Position numbers and translations under genes: made by a program. Of a stretch of 64,000 bases of DNA, positions 1 through 9,109 are shown in pieces (within the stretch, counting starts at the first letter, position 1; each line of letters opens with the position of its first letter). The notes below the pieces were generated by a model that was not told where the DNA came from, did no database searches, and worked only from the letters and a program-made list of their open reading frames with translations. Origin of the DNA: Clostridia bacterium. GTDB lineage: Bacteria > Bacillota > Clostridia > Oscillospirales > CAG-272. Location of the stretch: NCBI GenBank assembly GCA_017453365.1, contig JAFTKH010000017.1, positions 515-64,514 of the forward strand, in the 5' to 3' direction.

Positions 1-6
1 ATGAAA

Positions 7-31
7 CAGGACTGCGGAATTCCGCAGTCCT
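7..31. terminator. Intrinsic terminator-like hairpin
   Basis: aggactgcgg-aatt-ccgcagtcct followed by T-run, just downstream of the minus-strand gene ending at 64. Confidence 0.6.
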
Positions 32-63
32 TTTCTACATTACGCTTACACTAGGATGTATAA

Positions 64-1509
64 TTAATTAATAAGAAGAAAAACCAAAGCTGCAAAAGCG
101 GCAGCAAATATGCCGGAGAGCATATTGACGGCATCGTTATCAATAAAGGAGAGCCCTCGAGCATGTTCTGTCGGCTCGCCACAATGAAGAGTCTTCTCCG
201 TAAGCTTGCCGCAAATGCGGCATTTGTATTTCGCCTGAACAAGAGAGCCTAAAAGGCTATCAAAGACACCGCCGAGAAATGCAGCGCCCGTTATTATCAA
301 TGCTTCGGCGAAATCAACAACACCGAAGGCATAGGCTATCATACTCATACCGTACGCCGCGACGAGAGAGGAAAATGTACCGAGCAAGGACATTCCGCCG
401 CTGATACCGCTCTCGCAAGCCTTCCATCTGAAGGGGTCGTAGGTGCGCTTCGCCGCGATGCCTATTCCCGAGGAAACCGTGTCGGCCAAGGCTTCCGCAA
501 GAGCCGCCGAAAATGCTATTATAAAGACACGCTCACGAGAGCCGAGATAAAGTAATGCACATAGCCCCGCGAGCATCCCGTTTGCTATTACCTGCATATA
601 ATCGCGGCAGTCGCCCTTCGCCGTTTCCTCCGTTCTGCCCTGCTTTTTTACGCGTTTTTTGAATTTGTCAACTAAAACTGCAAGCACAAAGAAGGTTCCC
701 AGAAGCACAAACCCGAAATTTCCGAGTGACACGGAGATAAATAGGTCAATGACAACAGCCATAACGACTCCGCCGAAGGTGAGTGCACGTTTTTTATATG
801 CAACAGCTATAAACCAAGGTGAGAGAAGAATCGGCACAAGGTAAAACCCGATATTTTCAAAATACATAAAGCCTGCGGTGAGTGCAGTACATCCCCACGT
901 TATCGTGATATTATCAAGGCCGCGTCCCGTTACAATCTCGAGTGTCACGGAAAGAAAAGCTATGGCAAGTGCATGCCATACGGAGAGCCCCATACCATAA
1001 ATCAAGTTAAGAACAAAGGTAGCGCCGAAGGATGCTATGAAATTAGCAATGGTTCCAAACAGCGTTTTGTTTGCGTAAATATTTGGATTTCTCTTGGTAA
1101 TAGCCTGTCCGACAACTCCTGCAAAGCCATCACCGACAGACGTACACATTATACCTACACCAAACGGGAGCATAACCTCCGGAACAAAGCACCCTACTAT
1201 AGCAACGCCCGTCATAGCAACGGCATAATATACGGTGCCGGGGGCATTATCGTTATCCGAAGATATCATAGGCATCAGCTTCCACCTATATGCTGCGACG
1301 AGAAGAAGAAGGAAAAACACACAGACTGCAAGAAAATGCAGACCGGCTCCAAGAAAATGATAAAGTATCACCCATTCAAATCCTACAAATATATGAACAA
1401 CCTTCCTGGTTATTTTCTTGGTTACTCCAAGCTTATACAGCAAAAGAGCAAAAAGCAGGCACAGAAATGCATAGCCCGCACCAAAGAGATATCCTTTTAA
1501 AATCTCCAT
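64..1509 (-). CDS. Polyprenol/phytol kinase-like (CTP-dependent) domain fused to a DUF92 (VTE6/TMEM19-like) membrane domain
   Basis: Highly hydrophobic. N-half motifs RKVVHI, GDGFAGVVG, KTLFG, LDNI. C-half motifs RDYMQVIANG, ADTVSSGIG, GISGGMSLLGT, DSLLGSLVQAKYKC, DNDAVN. Confidence 0.75.
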   Translation of the reverse strand: MEILKGYLFGAGYAFLCLLFALLLYKLGVTKKITRKVVHIFVGFEWVILYHFLGAGLHFLAVCVFFLLLLVAAYRWKLMPMISSDNDNAPGTVYYAVAMTGVAIVGCFVPEVMLPFGVGIMCTSVGDGFAGVVGQAITKRNPNIYANKTLFGTIANFIASFGATFVLNLIYGMGLSVWHALAIAFLSVTLEIVTGRGLDNITITWGCTALTAGFMYFENIGFYLVPILLSPWFIAVAYKKRALTFGGVVMAVVIDLFISVSLGNFGFVLLGTFFVLAVLVDKFKKRVKKQGRTEETAKGDCRDYMQVIANGMLAGLCALLYLGSRERVFIIAFSAALAEALADTVSSGIGIAAKRTYDPFRWKACESGISGGMSLLGTFSSLVAAYGMSMIAYAFGVVDFAEALIITGAAFLGGVFDSLLGSLVQAKYKCRICGKLTEKTLHCGEPTEHARGLSFIDNDAVNMLSGIFAAAFAALVFLLIN

Positions 1510-1637
1510 TACACGTCCTCTTTTTATAAAAGTCCTCGTACAGTATACAATATTTTTCTATAAAAGTCAACATTTCTAAATAAATAAAAGAACGAAGACG
1601 GAAAATAATCACATCTTCGCTCTTTCAAGGAGAAAAA

Positions 1638-1982
1638 CTATATCTCCTCATTATCAGTCGACTTATACTGGCTGTCCTCTTCCTCCGTATCAGGAATTAC
1701 TTCCTTTCCGGGAATGACAATACCGTGCTTCATCGAATGAAGGTTCTCCGCAAGCTTCTTATCGATAATGCTCTGTTTTATAGCACTGACCTTCGCAATG
1801 TCGGAGAGTATTTCCTCACTTACCGTCCCGTCGGCGAGAGTAAGGTATTTTTCAAAGGAATCGGGATATACGAAGCTTTTTACAGCCCCTTCAAACTGTA
1901 TAGTCATATACTTACCGTCCGTGGACACGACAGTGCCAAGACCGAACGCTTTATGTCTAACCTCGAGATTATCTAAATTCAT
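1638..1982 (-). CDS. Small protein with N-terminal Tudor/SH3-like fold resembling the PcrA/UvrD C-terminal domain
   Basis: VRHKAFGLGTVV...IQFEGAVKSFVYPDSF; GGAGG RBS before ATG at 1982. Confidence 0.55.
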   Translation of the reverse strand: MNLDNLEVRHKAFGLGTVVSTDGKYMTIQFEGAVKSFVYPDSFEKYLTLADGTVSEEILSDIAKVSAIKQSIIDKKLAENLHSMKHGIVIPGKEVIPDTEEEDSQYKSTDNEEI

Positions 1983-2204
1983 ATTGACCTCCGTAAACAA
2001 ATATTAGCATACGCAATATTTTTTCGCCTTATACGTCAAAAGCGGTGGTAATTATAGCAGATATATATGTCCAAAGTATGAACAAACGAAAGTTTTTTTG
2101 TGTTTTTTACTTTTCGCTATCCAAATAGTATAAAAGACTCCGAACTTTTATGTATAATATGCCGATTTATGATAATTGTTACAGAAAAAATATGTCATAA
2201 AGGC

Positions 2205-2236
2205 GCCGCAACGGACAATACATCACCCGTTGCGGC
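2205..2236 (-). terminator. Hairpin downstream of gpmI
   Basis: gccgcaacgg...ccgttgcggc inverted repeat. Confidence 0.5.
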
Positions 2237-2252
2237 AGTATAAATATTCAAT

Positions 2253-3908
2253 TTAACCAAGCTCAACCATCGATTCATCCCATATTTCGGGTGCCTCAAA
2301 GCCAAGGAGATTTACTGTAGTTGCTGCAACGGACGAAAGACCGAGGTCCGTACGCTCTGTCTTAACAGAGTATTTATCAGCAGTGAAATTATCATATATT
2401 ATAAAAGGAACGGGGTTGAGAGTATGACTGGTCTTCGCTTTAAAGGAGCCGTCCTTCCCTGCCTTCGGAGCTTTTGTCTTCTTATCTATCTCGTACATTT
2501 CATCAGCGTTTCCGTGGTCAGCAGTGATAAGAGCAACACCCTCAAGCTCATCGATAACCTTCAATATACGCGCGAGCTGAAGGTCAAGAGCCTCCATGGA
2601 GCACTCGGTCGCAAGGAAGGAGCCCGTGTGGCCTACCATATCTCCGTTCGGGAAATTCACGCGAAGATATTTATATTTTCCGCTGCGAAGGCACTCGATA
2701 AGCTTATCGGTTATTTCCGCGCACTTCATCCACGGCCTTTCCTCAAAGGGAACTACGTCAGATGGTATTTCTATATAGGTTTCAAGCTCCTCGGAGAATT
2801 TACCGGACTTATTTCCGTTCCAGAAATAGGTAACGTGTCCGTATTTCTGAGTTTCGGAGATTGCGAGCTCGGGAATACCGGCTGAAACAAGGTATTCTGT
2901 CATTGTATTTGATATTTCGGGGGGATTCACGAGAAAGCGTGAGGGGATATGAAGGTCGCCGTCATACTCAAGCATACCTGCATAAAGCACCTTCGGCACT
3001 CTCTTCCTATCGAACTTATCAAATTCGGCTCCGGACTCAAACGCCTTCGATATTTCTATCGAGCGGTCTCCTCGGAAATTAAAGAACACTACGGAATCTC
3101 CGTCCTCAACAGTGCCTACGGGCACGCCGTTCTTCGCGATTACAAATGCGGGAAGGTCTTGGTCTATAACGCCCGTTTCTGCTCTATAGGCAGTGATAGC
3201 CTCCTCTGCCGACGCAAACTGTCTTCCCTCTCCGAGGACGTGCGTCTTCCAACCGAGCTCGACCATTCCCCAGTTAGCCTCGTATCTGTCCATAGTTATC
3301 TGCATCCTTCCGCCGCCAGATGCAATAGCTATATCAAAGCTGTCGGAGCGCAGTGACTCAAGATATTCCTCGAAGGGACGAACGTAGTCAAGAGCGCTTG
3401 TCTCACCGACGTCACGGCCGTCGAGAAGTATATGGACTCTTACTCGCTCAACACCGGAGTTCTTCGCATTATCTATAAGTGCCTTTAAGTGGTCTATATG
3501 GGAATGAACGTTTCCGTCCGAGAAAAGACCGAGGAAATGCATAGTAGAGCCGTTTGCCTTAACCCCTGCGACAAGAGCCTGCCAGGTATCAGATGCAAAG
3601 AGCTTCCCCGTTTCAATTGACTGCGAAACAAGCTTTGCGCCCTGTGCAAAAACCTGGCCCGAGCCAAGAGCATTATGTCCGACCTCGGAGTTACCCATAT
3701 CATCGTCGCTGGGAAGACCGACAGCGGTGCCGTGCGCTCTTATTGCGAGCATAGGATAATCCTTCATAAGTCTGTCGAGAGTGGGCGTATGAGCAGCGGC
3801 AACAGCATTCGCACCGTTATCAGGCGCGAGTCCAACACCGTCCATAACTATAGTAAGGAGTGGGCCATTGACTCCTTCGAAATTCTTTGATTTCACAAGC
3901 TTTGCCAT
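2253..3908 (-). CDS. gpmI: 2,3-bisphosphoglycerate-independent phosphoglycerate mutase
   Basis: MDGVG, MGNSEVGHNALG, DGNVHSH, LDGRD, NFRGDR, SETQKYGHVTYF, DMVGHTG, TADHGNAD motifs. Confidence 0.95.
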   Translation of the reverse strand: MAKLVKSKNFEGVNGPLLTIVMDGVGLAPDNGANAVAAAHTPTLDRLMKDYPMLAIRAHGTAVGLPSDDDMGNSEVGHNALGSGQVFAQGAKLVSQSIETGKLFASDTWQALVAGVKANGSTMHFLGLFSDGNVHSHIDHLKALIDNAKNSGVERVRVHILLDGRDVGETSALDYVRPFEEYLESLRSDSFDIAIASGGGRMQITMDRYEANWGMVELGWKTHVLGEGRQFASAEEAITAYRAETGVIDQDLPAFVIAKNGVPVGTVEDGDSVVFFNFRGDRSIEISKAFESGAEFDKFDRKRVPKVLYAGMLEYDGDLHIPSRFLVNPPEISNTMTEYLVSAGIPELAISETQKYGHVTYFWNGNKSGKFSEELETYIEIPSDVVPFEERPWMKCAEITDKLIECLRSGKYKYLRVNFPNGDMVGHTGSFLATECSMEALDLQLARILKVIDELEGVALITADHGNADEMYEIDKKTKAPKAGKDGSFKAKTSHTLNPVPFIIYDNFTADKYSVKTERTDLGLSSVAATTVNLLGFEAPEIWDESMVELG

Positions 3909-3928
3909 AATAATGTACCTTTCGTTTA

Positions 3929-5917
3929 TCAAATATCCGCATCCCGGACATAAAGATGTCCGTTATCGGTAATGTATTTCTTTCTTTCAGCAAGCGCATC
4001 ACCGAGAAGCACCTCGAACATACGCTCGGTTTCCACAGCATCGGCAGGAGTTACCGCAATAAGTCTTCTCGTCGTCGGGCACATCGTGGTCTGCCACATC
4101 ATCTCGGCGGTATTCTCGCCAAGACCCTTCGAGCGCTGTATGGTATACTTCTTATTTCCGAGCTTGGAGAGTATTTCGGTCTTCTCCTGCTCGTTATAAG
4201 CAAAATACGTATCCCCACCTGCCGTTATCTCAAAGAGCGGTGACTCGGCTATAAAGACCTTCCCCTTCTCAATCAGTGTCGGAAGAAGACGGTAAAACAT
4301 CGTAAGAAGAAGTGTTCTTATCTGGAAGCCGTCCTCGTCGGCATCGGTGCATATTATTATCTTGCTCCACTTAAGAAGATTGTAATCGAAGGTGGAAAGC
4401 GCACCGGGCTTTTTCGTCTTTACCTCGACGCCGCACCCGATAACCTTAAGAAGATCTATTATGATATCGCTCGCAAATATCTTGTCATAGCTGCTCTTCA
4501 TACAGTTGAGTGTTTTACCTCTGACAGGCATTATTGCTTGGAAATCAGCGCTTCTGCCGAGCTTACAGCTCGAAGCGGCCGAATCTCCCTCAACTATATA
4601 TATCTCGCGAAGCTCGGGGTCCTTCGACGAGCACGGAATAAATTTCTCAACTCTGTTCGCAACGTCGATAGTACCTGTAAGCTTCTTCTTGATATCAACC
4701 TTATGCTTTTCAGCTTCCTCGCGCGAGCGCTTATTCAGGAGAACCTGATTTACTATTTGATTTGCAACCGAAGCATTTTCGGTAAGATAAATCTCGAGAT
4801 TTTGCTTAAGAAAATCCGTCAAGGCCTTCTGAATAAAGGCATTGGTTATCGCCTTCTTCGTCTGGTTCTCGTAAGATGTTTGAGTAGAAGCGGAGTTAAT
4901 GATTATAGCGAGGTTGTCCGAAATGTCCTGGAAGGATATCTTCGGCTCGTTTTTATTGTACTTATTCTGTGCCTTGATATGCTTGTCCAAGGCGTAGGCA
5001 AAGGCATTTTTCACTGCCTTATCGGGCGCACCGCCATACTCCAAGAATGAAGAGTTGTGATAATATTCTGTCATTCCGGATTTCGCAAAGCAGAAGGTTA
5101 TCTCCGCCTTTACCTTATAATCGGGGAGGTCCTCTCTATCACGTCCCTTTGTTTCGAAGCGCCAAAGGACAGGCGGAGTGATAGTAATACCGTCGGTTAT
5201 CTCCGCTATATAATCTGCGATACCCTGCTCGTAATAAAATTCCGAACGCTCGAATTTTCCCTTCGTGCGTTCTACCTCTAGAATAAATTTTATTCCCGCG
5301 TTTACGAACGCCTGACGGCGCATTGTAGCAGCAAGAAATTCTGCCGGAATATCTATCTCCTTAAATACTTTAAGGTCCGGGCGCCAGCGTATAATTGTTC
5401 CGTGGCGCTTATCTCCCGGCTTTATATCGGTCACAGAGAGAGTCCCTACAGGATTGCCCGCTTTAAAATTCATCTCGGAGACCATTTTATTCGAATAAGA
5501 CCTAACGTTCATATACTCACTCGAATACTGTGTGGCGGTGGCTCCTAAACCGTTAAGACCGAGGGCGAACTCGTATGCCGCATTTCCCTCGTTATTGTCG
5601 TACTTACCGCCTGCGTAAAGCTCGCAGAAGACAAGCTCCCAGTTCCAGCGCTTCTCCTTATCGTTATACCCAAGGGGAACTCCGCGCCCAAAATCCTCAA
5701 CCTCAATGGAAAGGTCAAGAAATTTCTTAACGATTATCTTATCGCCGTATCCCTCGCGCGCCTCGTCAACCGAGTTCGCGAGAATTTCTATAAAGGAGTG
5801 TTGACAGCCTATAAGGTCGTCAGAACCGAAGATAACAGCCGGTCTTTTCCTTACTCTGTCAGCACCCTTCAGTGATTTTATACTCTGCTCGTTGTAGTCC
5901 GCTTTTCTAACTGCCAC
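3929..5917 (-). CDS. Type IIA topoisomerase subunit B (GyrB/ParE family; clostridial topo IV-like)
   Basis: VRKRP, EILANSVDE, DFGRGVP, AGGKY, GLNGLG, EGDSA, PVRGK, DADEDG, KGLGE motifs. Confidence 0.9.
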   Translation of the reverse strand: MAVRKADYNEQSIKSLKGADRVRKRPAVIFGSDDLIGCQHSFIEILANSVDEAREGYGDKIIVKKFLDLSIEVEDFGRGVPLGYNDKEKRWNWELVFCELYAGGKYDNNEGNAAYEFALGLNGLGATATQYSSEYMNVRSYSNKMVSEMNFKAGNPVGTLSVTDIKPGDKRHGTIIRWRPDLKVFKEIDIPAEFLAATMRRQAFVNAGIKFILEVERTKGKFERSEFYYEQGIADYIAEITDGITITPPVLWRFETKGRDREDLPDYKVKAEITFCFAKSGMTEYYHNSSFLEYGGAPDKAVKNAFAYALDKHIKAQNKYNKNEPKISFQDISDNLAIIINSASTQTSYENQTKKAITNAFIQKALTDFLKQNLEIYLTENASVANQIVNQVLLNKRSREEAEKHKVDIKKKLTGTIDVANRVEKFIPCSSKDPELREIYIVEGDSAASSCKLGRSADFQAIMPVRGKTLNCMKSSYDKIFASDIIIDLLKVIGCGVEVKTKKPGALSTFDYNLLKWSKIIICTDADEDGFQIRTLLLTMFYRLLPTLIEKGKVFIAESPLFEITAGGDTYFAYNEQEKTEILSKLGNKKYTIQRSKGLGENTAEMMWQTTMCPTTRRLIAVTPADAVETERMFEVLLGDALAERKKYITDNGHLYVRDADI

Positions 5918-6117
5918 GAAGTGTAAAACCTCCTAAATTAAGGTAAAACATAATATTACAGATGATATTATAACACGGGCAAAATCAATTGTCAAGGAGT
6001 TTTATGGCGTGCAAATCAGCCAAAGCGAAAAAAGAAAAGTTTGAAAGAAAGGGGCGGAGCGCTTGATTTTCCCGTTGCTCTATGCTACAATAAGATAAAA
6101 AACAGAGAGGTGTTTTT

Positions 6118-6663
6118 ATGAAGCTTCTTATCTGCTCCGACATACACGGTGATATCGGCGGCGCCCGTGCCGCAGTAGATTTTTTCGAGAGGCATAGCTG
6201 TGACAAACTGCTCATTCTCGGTGATATTCTCTACCACGGGCCAAGAAACGACCTGCCCGATGGATACGCACCCAAGGCGGTAACAGAGCTGCTGAACAAA
6301 TACGCAGACAGGATAATAGCAGTGCGCGGAAACTGCGACGCCGAGGTAGACGGTATGGTGTTAAAATTCCCTATAGATGCTGACTACGTTATACTCGATG
6401 ACGGCAGCACCTATATTTTCGCGACACACGGACATCATTACAATACCGAGAAGCCCCCAGCGCTTCCCTCCGGGGCAGTTCTTCTGCACGGACATACACA
6501 CGTGCAATGCTCTGTAGAATTCGGTAACGGCAACCTCTATCTCAACCCGGGCTCGGTGTCCTTACCGAAGGAAGGCAACCCGAAAACGCTTCTGATCTAT
6601 GAGAACTCCGTGTTCACTCTTTACGACCTTGACGGAAATATTATGTGGGTGACAAATTCTTAA
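6118..6663 (+). CDS. yfcE: YfcE-like metallophosphoesterase (phosphodiesterase)
   Basis: SDIHG, GDILYHGPRN, VRGNCD, THGH, HGHTH, NPGSVSLPK. Confidence 0.9.
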   Translation: MKLLICSDIHGDIGGARAAVDFFERHSCDKLLILGDILYHGPRNDLPDGYAPKAVTELLNKYADRIIAVRGNCDAEVDGMVLKFPIDADYVILDDGSTYIFATHGHHYNTEKPPALPSGAVLLHGHTHVQCSVEFGNGNLYLNPGSVSLPKEGNPKTLLIYENSVFTLYDLDGNIMWVTNS

Positions 6664-6793
6664 TTTTTGATATTTATTTTTTGGCAGAGTGCATAGCATT
6701 TATCTTTTTTCAAGATGATGCTATGCTCTTTTTTCACACCGTTAACCTTCTCTGCATATATTATTTCCAGAAAAATTATGCGAGGTGCAAGCT

Positions 6794-7624
6794 ATGGATT
6801 TTGCCTATTATAACGGGAGTTACTTACCTTATGACGACCTGACGCTTCCTCTCTGTGACAGGGCGATTTTTTTCGGTGACGGTGTTTACGAATGCCTTGT
6901 CGGTGGGGGCGGTGAGATATATCAATGGAGCGAACACATTGAGAGACTTCGCCGCGGAGTAGCTTTTATGCGGATGGACTTTTCCGCTTACGGCAAGCTT
7001 CTCTACATTGTAAAGAAGCTTATTGAGCTTACGGGGCTGCAAAGATATACCGTCTACCTTCAAATTTCGAGAAGAGCGGAGAGAAGAGTTCACGCGACAC
7101 AGGATTTTTCACGCACAAACCTACTCGTAACGGTCACGGAGCTCCCCTCCTTCCCCCGCAGTGACGTTTCGCTGATTTCACGCAACGATATTCGCTACAA
7201 AATGTGTAACGTAAAAACCCTTAACCTTTTACCGTCTGTGCTTGCATCTCACGATGCTCTCTTAGCCGGCGCTGATGAGACTGTTTTCATCCGCGACGGA
7301 ATTGTGACGGAATGCGCTCATTCAAACCTCTTCATTCTGGAGCAGGGCGTTCTTCTCACTCATAAAACTGACGAGCTTATTCTCCCCGGAATCACACGTG
7401 CAACGCTGATAAAAATTGCCGAGCGCCGAGGAATACCGACGCGTGAGTGCTCCTTCACCCTCGAACGGCTTATTGCGGCCGACGAGGTACTGATTACGAG
7501 CACGACACGGCTCGCCAGACGCGCGAGGAGCATCGACGGAGTTCAGCTCAAAATGAAGGCTGCGGCAACGGCCGAGCTGCTTATTGCCGACTTGCGCTCG
7601 GACTTTAGCGAATTTTGTTGTTAA
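6794..7624 (+). CDS. Class IV PLP aminotransferase (D-amino-acid aminotransferase-like)
   Basis: DRAIFFGDGVYE, KTLNLL, TECAHSN, ILPGITR, ADEVLITST. Confidence 0.85.
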   Translation: MDFAYYNGSYLPYDDLTLPLCDRAIFFGDGVYECLVGGGGEIYQWSEHIERLRRGVAFMRMDFSAYGKLLYIVKKLIELTGLQRYTVYLQISRRAERRVHATQDFSRTNLLVTVTELPSFPRSDVSLISRNDIRYKMCNVKTLNLLPSVLASHDALLAGADETVFIRDGIVTECAHSNLFILEQGVLLTHKTDELILPGITRATLIKIAERRGIPTRECSFTLERLIAADEVLITSTTRLARRARSIDGVQLKMKAAATAELLIADLRSDFSEFCC

Positions 7625-7691
7625 ATTACACAAAGATTGATAAAAAAATAACATACTTTTGCACTAAAATTTAGACTTTTTATATATAGTA

Positions 7692-7720
7692 TTGCATTTT
7701 AAATTTAACTGTGGTATAAT
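7692..7720 (+). promoter_or_regulatory. Sigma-A promoter of the hydrogenase operon
   Basis: TTGCAT-17bp-TATAAT with extended -10 TG. Confidence 0.7.
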
Positions 7721-7792
7721 TGCTTAGTAATGTAAGTACTTTTGATTTTGCTCATCAAAGCTACGGCATTAAAAATACAGGAGGATTTAAAA

Positions 7793-8287
7793 ATGCTCAA
7801 GAAACTTTCAACCGTTCCCTTCTCCGGAACGAAAGAGCAGGAAGCTCGCCTCAAGGCAGTTATTGAGGCAAACAAGCACGACAAGAGCCTTCTTATGGCA
7901 GTTATGCAGGAGGCACAGGGTATCTACGAGTACCTTCCCATTGAAGTGCAGAATATGATAGCAGAAGGAATGGACGTTCCGCTCGAGAAGGTATACGGCG
8001 TCGCTACCTTCTACGCACAGTTCTCCCTCACCCCGAAGGGCGCGTGCCACATCTCCGTATGTCTCGGTACTGCGTGCTACGTTAAGGGCTCGGGTGACAT
8101 CTACAACAAGCTCCAGGAGATACTCGGTATCGGCGGTGACGAGTGCACACCCGACAAAAAGTTCTCTCTCGCAGCGTGCCGTTGTATCGGTGCGTGCGGC
8201 CTTGCTCCCGTTCTTACCGTCAATGACGAGGTTTACGGACGTCTCGGCGTTGATGACGTTGCGGGCATCATAGAAAAGTACAGATAA
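7793..8287 (+). CDS. NuoE-like [2Fe-2S] subunit of the bifurcating hydrogenase (HydC/HndA)
   Basis: VYGVATFY, CLGTACYVKG, CRCIGACGLAP; GGAGG RBS. Confidence 0.9.
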   Translation: MLKKLSTVPFSGTKEQEARLKAVIEANKHDKSLLMAVMQEAQGIYEYLPIEVQNMIAEGMDVPLEKVYGVATFYAQFSLTPKGACHISVCLGTACYVKGSGDIYNKLQEILGIGGDECTPDKKFSLAACRCIGACGLAPVLTVNDEVYGRLGVDDVAGIIEKYR

Positions 8288-8320
8288 GACAAAAATTCTT
8301 CTTTTAAGGAAGTCGGTTTT

Positions 8321-8665
8321 ATGAAGATTAGTGCAATCAAGGAGCTGCTTGATGCCGAGGTGCTGACGTGCGAGGAAGGTCTTGATAAGCACGTTTATTC
8401 CGCCTGCGGCTGTGACCTTATGAGCGACGTTCTCGCTTTTGTTAAAGACCAGGCAGTCCTCTTAACGGGTCTTGTAAATCCCCAGGTTATACGCACCGCT
8501 GTTATGATGGATATGGTCTGCGTCGTATTCGTTCGCTCGAAGGCTCCCTCAGAGGAGATGCTCGAGCTGGCGCGCGACAGCGGAATCGTGGTTATGAGCA
8601 CCGAGAAGACGCTTTACACATCATGCGGTCTTCTTTTCAGTAACGGTCTTACGGGCGTAAGGTGA
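8321..8665 (+). CDS. DRTGG domain protein
   Basis: DLMSDVL, LLTGL..Q..RTA, VFVRSK motifs; position in the hydrogenase cluster. Confidence 0.75.
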   Translation: MKISAIKELLDAEVLTCEEGLDKHVYSACGCDLMSDVLAFVKDQAVLLTGLVNPQVIRTAVMMDMVCVVFVRSKAPSEEMLELARDSGIVVMSTEKTLYTSCGLLFSNGLTGVR

Positions 8666-8674
8666 GGGCACGGT

Positions 8675-9109
8675 ATGGCAGAAGAATTGGTTTTCCGTTT
8701 CGACGTTGACGGCGAGGATTTCACATCGGCGGGTCAGGCCTCCGTTCAGGTAAAGAAAAATCTACGTCAGCTCGGTGTGGACTCCGAGGTCATCCGCCGT
8801 GTTTCCATCGCTATGTACGAGGGCGAAATAAATATGGTCATTCACGCGGGCGGCGGTACGGCGCTCGTAAAGGTATACCCCGACTGTATTGAAATCGTGC
8901 TCGAGGATCACGGTCCCGGTATTAAGGATATCGACCTCGCTATGCAGGAGGGATACTCCACCGCCACCGACACTATCCGTTCGCTCGGCTTCGGCGCGGG
9001 CATGGGGCTTCCGAATATGAAAAAATACACCGACAGTATGGATATCGAGTCTACCGTTGGCGTAGGTACCACCATAACTATGAGGGTGAATTGCCAGGAG
9101 GTGCTATGA
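8675..9109 (+). CDS. Anti-sigma-factor-like Ser/Thr kinase (HATPase_c)
   Basis: YEGEINMVIHA, DHGPGI, EGYST, GAGMGLPNM, STVGVGT. Confidence 0.85.
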   Translation: MAEELVFRFDVDGEDFTSAGQASVQVKKNLRQLGVDSEVIRRVSIAMYEGEINMVIHAGGGTALVKVYPDCIEIVLEDHGPGIKDIDLAMQEGYSTATDTIRSLGFGAGMGLPNMKKYTDSMDIESTVGVGTTITMRVNCQEVL

